The position numbers were made by a program, and so were the translations under genes. Below are positions 29,076 through 38,412 of a DNA stretch of 64,000 bases, one piece after another. Source of the DNA: a virus. The stretch's first letter is position 1. Every line of letters begins with the position of its first letter. Location of the stretch: the IMG/VR virus record IMGVR_UViG_3300035665_003403, positions 64,001 through 128,000 of that record; one strand, written 5' to 3'. A model generated the notes under the pieces. That model ran no database searches, was not told the DNA's origin, and was given only the letters and a program-made list of their open reading frames with translations.

Positions 29076-29828
29076 ATGCCAAGAAAAAAAGCAGCAGTAA
29101 AAAAACAAACAGCAAAAACTAGAACCAACACAGATTGGAATCTAGAAAAACAACCAAACACAGTTGAAGATATTATTAAAAATATCAGGTTATCAATAAA
29201 ACCACAAAGTCAAAACCAAAAAAAATTATTAGATAGTATAAGAGATAAAGAAATAACCATATGCTCTGGTTCTCCAGGTGTTGGTAAAACATTCTTATCT
29301 TGTGCTGAAGCACTTAATATCCTAAAAACATCCGATACAATAGATAAGATTGTAATTATTAAATCAGTTACCACATTACCCTCTGAACAAATTGGCTATG
29401 TTAAAGGCTCTGTTGAGGACAAAATGGAGGGAATAATTTATTCATTTACAAATAATTTTGAAAAATTAATTGGTAAAGATAAAACATCTAAATTAATGGA
29501 ATTAGGTGTCATTCAAACTTTACCAATAGCCTTTCTTCGTGGAATTAATATAGATTCAGCTATAGTGATTTGTGATGAGGTTCAGAACATAACGATACCA
29601 AATATTAGAACAATCATGACTCGTTTAGGTAAGAACAGCAAGATGGTTTTCTTGGGTGATGTGAACCAAATTGATATCAAAGATAAAAAAGAATCAGCTT
29701 TACAATTCCTAATTAATAACTTCAATGATATTGATGAGATTGGTATAGTTGAATTAACAGTAGATGATATCGTTAGAAATCCATTGATTAAAAAAATTGA
29801 AGATAAATTTAATTCATTAAAAAAATAA
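29076..29828 (+). CDS. phoH: PhoH-like ATPase
   Basis: GSPGVGKT, AFLRG, DEVQN, TRLG, GD..Q.D, DIVRNP. Confidence 0.93.
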   Translation: MPRKKAAVKKQTAKTRTNTDWNLEKQPNTVEDIIKNIRLSIKPQSQNQKKLLDSIRDKEITICSGSPGVGKTFLSCAEALNILKTSDTIDKIVIIKSVTTLPSEQIGYVKGSVEDKMEGIIYSFTNNFEKLIGKDKTSKLMELGVIQTLPIAFLRGINIDSAIVICDEVQNITIPNIRTIMTRLGKNSKMVFLGDVNQIDIKDKKESALQFLINNFNDIDEIGIVELTVDDIVRNPLIKKIEDKFNSLKK

Positions 29829-29877
29829 CTTTACTTTAAAATAAACAATATTATGTTTGTTTTAAATTATTGTATTA

Positions 29878-30498
29878 ATGAATAAAAAACAAATTTCTAT
29901 TGGTATTAGTATTAATGAGGTCGTTCGTGATTTCATTGGTCAATTAACCTATACCTATAACAAGTATTACCCAGATTTCAAAATTGAAGAAACTGAGTTA
30001 ACAAACTTTGATTTTCTGAATTCATTGTCGGCATTCAAAGATGCTAAAGAAATGAATACTTTTATCTACTCAGAATCAGCAATGGAAATATTCGCTCATG
30101 CTGACGTAAAATCGGAAGCCTTAAAAATACACTTAAATTCATTTATAAGAGATTTAAAAGATTTCTATGATATCGATTTAACTGTTGTAACAAGAGAAGT
30201 GGATAAGAGTATCCCAAGCACATTATTTTTCCTTTCCAAGCTTGGTTGTAGAGCAACCAATATCAAATTTGTACCAGGTAACGTGGACGAATGGGATGGT
30301 ATTGATATCTTGATTACGGCAAACCCAATAGCCTTGGATAATAAACCAGATGGTAAAATAAGTGTCAAGGTAAAAAGCCCATATAACTCAGAATCAACTG
30401 GAACCTATGAGGTTAATGATATCATGGAATTAATAACAAACGATGATTTAATTAAAAAAGTAATAACAACAGAACTAACACAATATGAAGAACTTTAA
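29878..30498 (+). CDS. HAD/5'-nucleotidase-like protein with degenerate DxD motif
   Basis: IGISINEVVRDF corresponds to I.IDxDGVxxDF; VVTR, ILITANP and PYN also fit the fold. Confidence 0.55.
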   Translation: MNKKQISIGISINEVVRDFIGQLTYTYNKYYPDFKIEETELTNFDFLNSLSAFKDAKEMNTFIYSESAMEIFAHADVKSEALKIHLNSFIRDLKDFYDIDLTVVTREVDKSIPSTLFFLSKLGCRATNIKFVPGNVDEWDGIDILITANPIALDNKPDGKISVKVKSPYNSESTGTYEVNDIMELITNDDLIKKVITTELTQYEEL

Positions 30499-30847
30499 TA
30501 TGCTAGAATTCGGAAACAAAACATTTTTCATTGACATAGATGCCTTGGAAAAATATGTAACAATGAACCCAGACCCAACTGACGTAGAAACTACAATTTT
30601 TGAAAGTTATGATAGTAGTGGTAATTTAGTTAGTAGAAATATGACCACAATATCCCCATCAAAAGATAAAACAATAAATTTACCTAAATATGAAACAATA
30701 CGATATTTTATAGATGTATTGACTGAAGTTTTTAGTGTTGAAATGGATGAAACTTTGGGTGCTGACAGAGCATTAGATGGGTTAAGCTTCTCACATAAAT
30801 TGGTAATTAACACCTTACTAAAAAACGGAATTATTAAATACAAATAA
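30485..30847 (+). CDS. Hypothetical protein
   Basis: 120-aa ORF in the operon. Confidence 0.7.
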   Translation: MKNFNMLEFGNKTFFIDIDALEKYVTMNPDPTDVETTIFESYDSSGNLVSRNMTTISPSKDKTINLPKYETIRYFIDVLTEVFSVEMDETLGADRALDGLSFSHKLVINTLLKNGIIKYK

Positions 30848-30849
30848 CA

Positions 30850-31959
30850 ATGAAAAACCAATTACTAAACTTAATTGAAAAATTAGAGAATAAAAATTTT
30901 AACATTTATTTTTTTACTCTAGACACTAAAGGTGTTGCAACAGCAAGTGTTGCCAACATTTATGAAAATGTTAAAATCCTAAATGAATTAGGGTATAAAG
31001 CAAATATATTACACGAAAAAAATGACTATAAATTTACTGCTGATGAAAATGGTGGTGGTTTATCAGATTGGTTAGGTGAAGAATATTGCTCACTCCCACA
31101 CGCATCTATTGAGGGTAAAAATATCAATATCAACGCTGAAGACTTTATTATCATCCCAGAAATATTCTTTGGTTTGATGGACCAATTAAAGGGGTTCCAA
31201 TGTAAGAAGATTGTTTTCTCACAAGCTTATGATTATATATTAGATATGATTCCACCAGGTAAATCTTGGAATGTGGATTGTGGTTTTAATGATGCTATTA
31301 CAACATCAGATAAACAAGCCGATTACATCAAATCATTGTTTCCATCAGTTAGAACACACATCATTCAACCATCAATCCCAAGTTATTTTAAATCTAGTGA
31401 TAAACCTAAGAAACCAATCATCTCTATTGTGTCTAGGAATCAATCTGATATAACTAAGATTGTTAAATCCTTCTATTTACAACACCCAATGTATAAATGG
31501 GTTACATTTAGGGAATTACGTGGGTTAAGTAGAACTGATTTTGCCAAGGCATTAGGTGAGTCTTGCTTGGCTGTTTGGTTGGATACAGCATCTGGTTTTG
31601 GTACATTCCCATTGGAAGCAATGGAGTGTGAAACACCAGTTATTGGCTTACTTCCAACTATGATACCAGAATGGTTAGAAACAACAAATACTGATGGCGA
31701 GGTTACTATCGCTAACAATGGGATTTGGACAAACACAACATTAATTATTCCAGAATTGATTGCTAAGTTTATGAAAGCTTGGTTAGAAGATTCTGTACCA
31801 GCATATCTTACAGATAATATGAAACTAACAACAGGGATTTATACCTTGGATAAACAAAAATCTGAGGTTGAAAGAGTTTTCAATACTCTAGTTACAAATA
31901 GAGTTAATGAATTAAAACACTTACTTCCTGTTGAAGAACCTAACGAAACATCAATTTAA
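30850..31959 (+). CDS. GT-B glycosyltransferase
   Basis: IIIPE, SQAYDY, and SGFGTFPLEAMEC (GT4-like ExxxxxxxE region). Confidence 0.8.
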   Translation: MKNQLLNLIEKLENKNFNIYFFTLDTKGVATASVANIYENVKILNELGYKANILHEKNDYKFTADENGGGLSDWLGEEYCSLPHASIEGKNININAEDFIIIPEIFFGLMDQLKGFQCKKIVFSQAYDYILDMIPPGKSWNVDCGFNDAITTSDKQADYIKSLFPSVRTHIIQPSIPSYFKSSDKPKKPIISIVSRNQSDITKIVKSFYLQHPMYKWVTFRELRGLSRTDFAKALGESCLAVWLDTASGFGTFPLEAMECETPVIGLLPTMIPEWLETTNTDGEVTIANNGIWTNTTLIIPELIAKFMKAWLEDSVPAYLTDNMKLTTGIYTLDKQKSEVERVFNTLVTNRVNELKHLLPVEEPNETSI

Positions 31960-31962
31960 AAT

Positions 31963-32493
31963 ATGTTTTCATTTATAAAAAACTATATTAGTAAAATAAC
32001 TAATAAGATTAAGTTATTTTTTAAACCTAAAAAAATTGATGTAAAACCTAAAACTAAAGAACAAATTTTTAACGAAAGGGTAATAAGATTAATTAACGAA
32101 GGTAGGGGATATGAATTTGATGGTAATAGAATTCATTTTGATGAAATTTTTTTAAAAGATTTGAAGATATCCGCAAACAAATATAACTCCTATATCAGGC
32201 TTAGACCCAAATTAACTAATTTCGATGTAATAATAAATCATAATTCTGAATTAAATCCAGATAATCCAACCAATGAATTATTGGTTTACAGAGATAAATT
32301 AAATTCAGATTTAATGCTTAAAGCAAATTATCGTAACAAAATGAAATACGATAAAATAATAAAAGATATGAATAATGATAGTATAAATAGTAATAGGATA
32401 ATTAATGAGATAAATAGTAATGAGATAAATATCAATAGGTACTATAATCATCCATTTCTAAATCTAAATAATGAAAATAAAAAAGAAGAATAA
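31963..32493 (+). CDS. Hypothetical Asn/Ile-rich protein
   Basis: 176-aa very AT-rich ORF, TAATG-coupled to the next gene. Confidence 0.55.
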   Translation: MFSFIKNYISKITNKIKLFFKPKKIDVKPKTKEQIFNERVIRLINEGRGYEFDGNRIHFDEIFLKDLKISANKYNSYIRLRPKLTNFDVIINHNSELNPDNPTNELLVYRDKLNSDLMLKANYRNKMKYDKIIKDMNNDSINSNRIINEINSNEININRYYNHPFLNLNNENKKEE

Positions 32494-33290
32494 TGAAAAA
32501 AGAATTTACAATATCTATAGTAATCCCAGTACATGAATTAACTGATATTACAAAAAAAACGCTTGAATTAGCTTTAAAAAGTGTTGAAGCACAACAAGTA
32601 CAACCTAATGAATTAATTATTGTGGCACCCAAAGATTCTGAAGTCATAACATACTTAAATTCATTACCAGAGTCACCCCTATCAACTATTACTAAGATTA
32701 TTGAGAATGATGGTAATACTGATTTTGCCTCACAAATTAACCTAGGTGTTAAATCAGCAACATCTGATTGGGTTAATATCTTAGAATTTGATGATGAACT
32801 AGCTAACATCTGGATTAAGAATGTAAAACAATACGCAACAGCATATGAGGATTGTGATATATACTTACCAATAGTAATAGATGTTAACACCAATAATGAA
32901 TTCCAGGCTTTAGCCAATGAAGTTGTTTGGGCTAATAGCTTCTCAGATGAACTAGGTATTCTAGACCACAATGCATTATTAGCTTATCAAAACTTTAAAA
33001 CGGATGGTATGGCGATTAAAAAATCAGTTTTTGAAGAGTTAGGTGGACTTAAGAGTAACGTAAAATTAATGTTTATGTATGAGTTTTTGTTAAGGGCTAC
33101 ATTTTTTTCAAAAAAAGTTATGGTTATACCAAAATTTGGTTATAAACACATTAATATGAGGGATGGTTCATTGTTTCATACTTACAAACAAACTATTGAC
33201 CCAGCAGAGGCTAGATGGCTTTTATCTATGGCTAAGAAAGAATTTTACTTTAAAAAAGATAGAGATATAACGTATATCACAACTGCTTAA
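32493..33290 (+). CDS. GT2 glycosyltransferase
   Basis: ISIVIPVH, SVEAQ, INLGV, LEFDDE, ELGGLK. Confidence 0.85.
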   Translation: MKKEFTISIVIPVHELTDITKKTLELALKSVEAQQVQPNELIIVAPKDSEVITYLNSLPESPLSTITKIIENDGNTDFASQINLGVKSATSDWVNILEFDDELANIWIKNVKQYATAYEDCDIYLPIVIDVNTNNEFQALANEVVWANSFSDELGILDHNALLAYQNFKTDGMAIKKSVFEELGGLKSNVKLMFMYEFLLRATFFSKKVMVIPKFGYKHINMRDGSLFHTYKQTIDPAEARWLLSMAKKEFYFKKDRDITYITTA

Positions 33291-33291
33291 T

Positions 33292-34005
33292 ATGCCACCA
33301 AAAAAGAAACCAACAAGTTCTGGAAATTATTTTGGTGAAAAGGAAGAATTGGCTGTAATTAAACTATTAAGTAGTACAGAAATTAACGAAAGAAGTAAAA
33401 TTTATAGTGAAGAATTAGTGTTACCTATCAATAAAATGATTGAATCCATTATTAGAAAATATAAACTATATAGTAAATTTGATTCATTTGAGGATGTACA
33501 TGCTGATACAGTATCTTTCTTGATTACCAAAGCACATATGTTTGACCACAATAAAGGACATAAAGCATACTCGTATTTAGGTACGATATGTAAAAACCAC
33601 TTATTAGGTATGGTTGATTCAGAAAACAAAAAAATAAAAAGAAATATTTCATATGAAGATATTTCTGAATCAATAGAGGATGATGAAAAATTCTCATACA
33701 CCATTGATTCAAATGGTAAAACAATATCGGAAACTATAAATAATTTAATCAAACAAATTGAAATAGAAATCGATAAGGATAGTGGTAAGAAAAAATTAAG
33801 TGAAAATGAAATAAAAGTTGGTTTTGCATTGATTGATATCCTTAAAAATTGGGATAACATATTTTCAACACCTAAACCAGACCACAAATATAATAGATTA
33901 TCGGCACTTGAAACAATGAGGGATTATACTAACTTATCAACAAAAGATATTAGAGTTGCAATGAAAAGATTTAAAAATATTTACCAATTATTGAAGTTTT
34001 CTTAG
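33292..34005 (+). CDS. Phage sigma factor, T4 gp55 (late sigma)-like
   Basis: NYF at the N-terminus and FD..KG.KAYSYLGTICKN (sigma region 2-like). Confidence 0.6.
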   Translation: MPPKKKPTSSGNYFGEKEELAVIKLLSSTEINERSKIYSEELVLPINKMIESIIRKYKLYSKFDSFEDVHADTVSFLITKAHMFDHNKGHKAYSYLGTICKNHLLGMVDSENKKIKRNISYEDISESIEDDEKFSYTIDSNGKTISETINNLIKQIEIEIDKDSGKKKLSENEIKVGFALIDILKNWDNIFSTPKPDHKYNRLSALETMRDYTNLSTKDIRVAMKRFKNIYQLLKFS

Positions 34006-34044
34006 TAAAATCAATATTCTTGGATATTTATAAATAAAAATACT

Positions 34045-34428
34045 ATGCCAAGGAGAGTAAAACAAAAAATAGAATTAAATAAACTTGATAGCCTAGGTGG
34101 GTTAGCACAAGAAATATATAATGATGCATGTTTACAAATAAAAGATGCACAAGGTGGTATTGATGTACTAACCACTTCAACACTACCAACAGATGTAATT
34201 GACCACACAAATATAGCCAAGGAAAAAGCAAATTTCCTTAAGGTTAAAGATTCAGCTATAAAAATAAAATTAGAAGTAGCTAAATTACAACGAGATATCA
34301 TACAAAATAATGGTGATACTGATAAGGTTATAACAGAAAAAACTGGTGGGGCAACTGCCGATGATTTTTCTGAAATTAGAGAAATGTTGAAAAATGGTGG
34401 TATGAATAAAAATTTAATTGAAGACTAA
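34045..34428 (+). CDS. Hypothetical protein (first gene of a late operon)
   Basis: TATTTAT at 34025-34031; 127 aa. Confidence 0.7.
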   Translation: MPRRVKQKIELNKLDSLGGLAQEIYNDACLQIKDAQGGIDVLTTSTLPTDVIDHTNIAKEKANFLKVKDSAIKIKLEVAKLQRDIIQNNGDTDKVITEKTGGATADDFSEIREMLKNGGMNKNLIED

Positions 34429-35837
34429 TGGCAATTATTGACAAAAAAAAGAAAATTTTTGGTGACATTGCAGCCGCTAAAACAATTGTGGATGGGTTAC
34501 CAAAGTTAAAATTATCTTCATCATTTGCTTCAATAACTAATGGTGGTGATTCAATTTCTTTTTTGAGTGATTTATTAAAATCGTTAGTTGGTTATGAAAA
34601 ACTTAATGATATTATAGTTGATTTATTAACTTACTCAATAAATGAGTTAGATTTAACCCTAAAACAATCTATAAAAAATGAATTAAAGTCAATTGTAAAT
34701 TGTGGTTTAAACCCAAGTATACCAAGCTATATGTTGTATGGGTCAACTGGAGTTATTACCCCAGTAAAAAAAATAGATTATTTTAATAAGATGTTAACCT
34801 CACCAAATAGTTTGGTTGGTTCATTAATTTATAAAGATATATCCAATGGATTATCTAGTTCTGATTTCAACACTTTTTTATATTATACAATACAAAATAA
34901 TGGTACACCACAAAACTGGGGATTAACCAATAATGGTTTTGATTTATTATCGATTCAATTTAATCAAATATCAACACCAAATAACTCATTAAAAATAACA
35001 ACATCACAAAATTATGTTGGGTCGTTAACCGATTTAAATAACTCATATGTTGATAGCTTAAAATTAATCAACACTGAAGGATTATTATTCAATATCCTAG
35101 ATAATATATTTGGTACCATGTCTAACACAATAAATAAAAGTGTTATACAAATAGAAAATGAATTAAGATTAAAAAATATCGTATCGAATATTATTGATAA
35201 TGATGATGAGGATGAGTCGAAATCAATATTCGATATAAACACACAAAATATCGAATCTAAAGCCAATTCAATTAAGAATGGTACAAACACATTAAATCTT
35301 AATACAAACGTAACCACAAGCATACCAATAGACTTATTATCTGATTTAAATTCGTCATTGAATTCAGTTACACAATTAAATGATAAAAAGAATGTATTAA
35401 CAAGCGGAATAAACTCAATAGGTAACACACTAAATAATTTTACTAATAAACCAAATGATGATAAAGCAATAAAATTGAATTTTATTCAAGATATGATTAA
35501 CCAAATAACCAAATCTTTAACAAATGTTATTCTATCACCACCAGTTGTTACAATATTTTTAATAAATTATAAGATAATGTATGGTCAAAATGCCGAATAT
35601 GTTGATGGGGTTGATTTTTTAAAACAAAATAAAACTCTAATTTCAACAATAATCGATAACATTAGAGATTCAATTAGTAAAAAATTATTATCGATTGTTT
35701 TAAAAGAAGTAACTAGATTAGCCGCTGAATCAGCTTTTAATATAGAAACTGAAAAAATAAAAAATAGGTCTGGTCAAATACTTAGTTTAGTTGGTGTACC
35801 ACAAGATATCATAAGACAAATTAGTGGATTAATATAA
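34428..35837 (+). CDS. Hypothetical virion protein
   Basis: 469 aa; TAATG-coupled in the baseplate operon. Confidence 0.65.
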   Translation: MAIIDKKKKIFGDIAAAKTIVDGLPKLKLSSSFASITNGGDSISFLSDLLKSLVGYEKLNDIIVDLLTYSINELDLTLKQSIKNELKSIVNCGLNPSIPSYMLYGSTGVITPVKKIDYFNKMLTSPNSLVGSLIYKDISNGLSSSDFNTFLYYTIQNNGTPQNWGLTNNGFDLLSIQFNQISTPNNSLKITTSQNYVGSLTDLNNSYVDSLKLINTEGLLFNILDNIFGTMSNTINKSVIQIENELRLKNIVSNIIDNDDEDESKSIFDINTQNIESKANSIKNGTNTLNLNTNVTTSIPIDLLSDLNSSLNSVTQLNDKKNVLTSGINSIGNTLNNFTNKPNDDKAIKLNFIQDMINQITKSLTNVILSPPVVTIFLINYKIMYGQNAEYVDGVDFLKQNKTLISTIIDNIRDSISKKLLSIVLKEVTRLAAESAFNIETEKIKNRSGQILSLVGVPQDIIRQISGLI

Positions 35838-36265
35838 TGAGTGAAAAAATTATTTCAAAAAATAAAGGTATTGGTTCTATAAATAATATTATAAAAACCA
35901 TTTCAGCTGCATTCAAAACACAAGAAAAACCAATAGCACCACTACCACCACCATTAATATTAAGTGGTGCTAATTTACGTGTTGGATTAAGTTCAAAAGC
36001 TATTGCTGGTAGAGTTATATCCAGGCTATCTGAAGCTGGATTACCAGTTGGTGATGTATATGCTGATGGACCAAATACATTTGAAGCAGCACTAACAATA
36101 ACAATTGAAGAAATAATATCAGCCATGTTGACTGAAGCTAAAGTTGAACTTGTTATACCACCTGGAACCAATGTAACAACAGTTGGATTAGGAAATTTAG
36201 GTATACCAGTAATATCTCAAGGAGCAACAACAAATATGGGTGTTGGTAATGGAGTTATAAGATAA
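35837..36265 (+). CDS. Hypothetical virion/baseplate protein
   Basis: 142 aa; coupled. Confidence 0.65.
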   Translation: MSEKIISKNKGIGSINNIIKTISAAFKTQEKPIAPLPPPLILSGANLRVGLSSKAIAGRVISRLSEAGLPVGDVYADGPNTFEAALTITIEEIISAMLTEAKVELVIPPGTNVTTVGLGNLGIPVISQGATTNMGVGNGVIR

Positions 36266-36268
36266 GTT

Positions 36269-36457
36269 ATGAATAAATTTGAATCTAAAAACAACAACGA
36301 AATACTATTCGAAATTAAGAAAATGGAAATCGAACATGAAAGTATTAAACAAAAAATGCTTAAAGACCATGATAGATTAATTGAGGTTGAAAAAGATTTT
36401 ATTGAAGCTAATATCATTTTAATGAGTAGACTTAAAGCTAATGGACGGAAAATTTAA
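36269..36457 (+). CDS. Small coiled-coil protein
   Basis: 62 aa with a heptad pattern. Confidence 0.6.
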   Translation: MNKFESKNNNEILFEIKKMEIEHESIKQKMLKDHDRLIEVEKDFIEANIILMSRLKANGRKI

Positions 36458-37403
36458 TATAAACAAACCAAACCCATATCAGTCACATGGTATCCCAAAT
36501 ATATTAGATATAGGTGAAGTTATTTCCATTGATGACCCAGATGGTACTGGTAGAATAAAAGTTAGAGTAAAGGGGTCAGCTAATTTAGGTGGGAATGATT
36601 CGCAATCAACTGATAACATAAATTTTGCATTCCCATTACTACCCAAATTCTTTCACTCACCAATAAAAAAGGGTGAGGCTGTATTTGTCATGTCATTATC
36701 AATCGATGATAAACATACAAATAAATTTTATATTGGACCAATTATTTCTCAACTTCAGAAATTACCAAATGACCCATATAATTTTTCAGCTTTTGCTGGT
36801 CTTGAGAATAAATTCCAAGGCCCAGACTCTAATGTTAATACTATACCAGAATTAAATGGTGTTTTCCCAGAAACTCAAGACGTTATTGTTCAAGGAAGAA
36901 AAAACGCTGACATTTTATTTAAAGATAGTGAAATATTAATAAGAGCTGGTAAGTATTTGAAGAAAATAAAAGATGACAATAACCCATTTGATTTTTCTTT
37001 CAATAATAAAACACAAGCCTTTATTCAATTAAAGGATAATGTTAAAGTAGATGTTGATAAAGATAATACCCCTATCATGGGTTCTATAGTCAACATAGTT
37101 TCAAATAAAATTAACCTATTATCATACTCAAAATCACAAATATTTAATATTCCAGTACCAGATGGTATGATTTCAAATGAAACTATGGAACAAATATTAG
37201 AAGAAGCTTATAGAGTCCCAAAGGGTGAAATATTAATAGAGTATCTTGAATTAGCTGAAGCAGCATTGTTATACCATTACCATAATGGTACAACACCAAC
37301 AGACCTTAAAGGGGATGGAAACCAAAGCCCAGTTGAAAATTTCAAAAAATTAGGACCAAAATTAAGACAAATTATGTTATCGGATAACGTAAGGATAAAT
37401 TAA
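36441..37403 (+). CDS. Baseplate central spike (gp5/GpV-like OB-fold N-terminus)
   Basis: GEVISIDDPDGTGRIKVRV, P.KGEAVFV and a C-terminal HxH (YHYH). Confidence 0.75.
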   Translation: MDGKFNINKPNPYQSHGIPNILDIGEVISIDDPDGTGRIKVRVKGSANLGGNDSQSTDNINFAFPLLPKFFHSPIKKGEAVFVMSLSIDDKHTNKFYIGPIISQLQKLPNDPYNFSAFAGLENKFQGPDSNVNTIPELNGVFPETQDVIVQGRKNADILFKDSEILIRAGKYLKKIKDDNNPFDFSFNNKTQAFIQLKDNVKVDVDKDNTPIMGSIVNIVSNKINLLSYSKSQIFNIPVPDGMISNETMEQILEEAYRVPKGEILIEYLELAEAALLYHYHNGTTPTDLKGDGNQSPVENFKKLGPKLRQIMLSDNVRIN

Positions 37404-37408
37404 ATATT

Positions 37409-38146
37409 TTATTTACCTCTATTTAAATTACCCTCATATATAACACCATTTATTTCTCTTGTTGTTGCCCATAGGGGTCTTAAGTTAGATAATGCGTTTA
37501 CAACAGATGGTAAACTATCTTTATCAAATTCACAAACTTTCTTGATGTGGTCAACATGCCATTCACCATGATTATCCCAACTCATACCTTCAGTAAATAA
37601 AGATGATATATGATTTTTAAGTTCTAAAGCTGAATAACCTAGTAAATCAATAGTTTTACCGTTTTTACTCATGCCGATTCTCCTTAAAGCTGACCTCAAA
37701 ACTTCTCTCCAAGCAAACACATGTGGGTTCATTTTTTTTATTTTTACCATAGATTTCCTACGAGTTTCTTTTAATTTTTCTGGATTTAATTCACAATATT
37801 TTTTTTGATAATCCTTTATTTTTTCTGGATTTGATTCACGATATTCTTTTTGTTTTAATAAAATAGTTTCTTTGTTTTCGTTATATTGTTTAATCCCATT
37901 TTCTTTAATCTTTTTTGAGTTAGCTTCACGATATTTTTTACTATATTCACGTATTTTCTCTTTATTTTTAATTTTATGTTTATGATAAGCATTATTTCTA
38001 CTTTCTTTTACTTTTTCTGGATTATTTATACAATATTCTTTACGTTTTAATAAAGTTTTTTGTTTATTTTTTTCGTAACTTTTTTTACTTTTTTTACGCT
38101 GAGCTTCTTTCTTCTCTTCTTCTGTAAAATACTTTTTTACACTCAT
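37409..38146 (-). CDS. Free-standing HNH endonuclease with basic helical repeats
   Basis: YRE(A/S)N(P/S)(E/K)KIK-type repeats; GMSWDNHGEWHVDHI...NALSNLRPLWA. Confidence 0.85.
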   Translation of the reverse strand: MSVKKYFTEEEKKEAQRKKSKKSYEKNKQKTLLKRKEYCINNPEKVKESRNNAYHKHKIKNKEKIREYSKKYREANSKKIKENGIKQYNENKETILLKQKEYRESNPEKIKDYQKKYCELNPEKLKETRRKSMVKIKKMNPHVFAWREVLRSALRRIGMSKNGKTIDLLGYSALELKNHISSLFTEGMSWDNHGEWHVDHIKKVCEFDKDSLPSVVNALSNLRPLWATTREINGVIYEGNLNRGK

Positions 38147-38148
38147 GA

Positions 38149-38310
38149 TTATTTACTTGTCATATCTTCTTTCATTATTAATCTTATACGTTTACTCATT
38201 GAGTACCCATTTTTATCGCAAAAAAGTTTAAACTCATCTTTAAATTCTTTTGTCATTCTTATAGGAAATATTTCATCCATTTCATTTTTATAAATTCTTG
38301 GTCTTGCCAT
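38149..38310 (-). CDS. 53-aa ribbon-helix-helix-like protein (not in ORF track)
   Basis: MARPRIYKNEMDEIFPIRMTKEFKDEFKLFCDKNGYSMSKRIRLIMKEDMTSK fits the RHH strand-helix-G-helix pattern. Confidence 0.7.
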   Translation of the reverse strand: MARPRIYKNEMDEIFPIRMTKEFKDEFKLFCDKNGYSMSKRIRLIMKEDMTSK

Positions 38311-38412
38311 ACTATTTTGTTTATACATAAATATACAAAATATTTTGAAAAAATAAAGTTAATGAATAATTTATTTATAAGTTTATAGATATTTATAGAT
38401 AAATCAATAATC

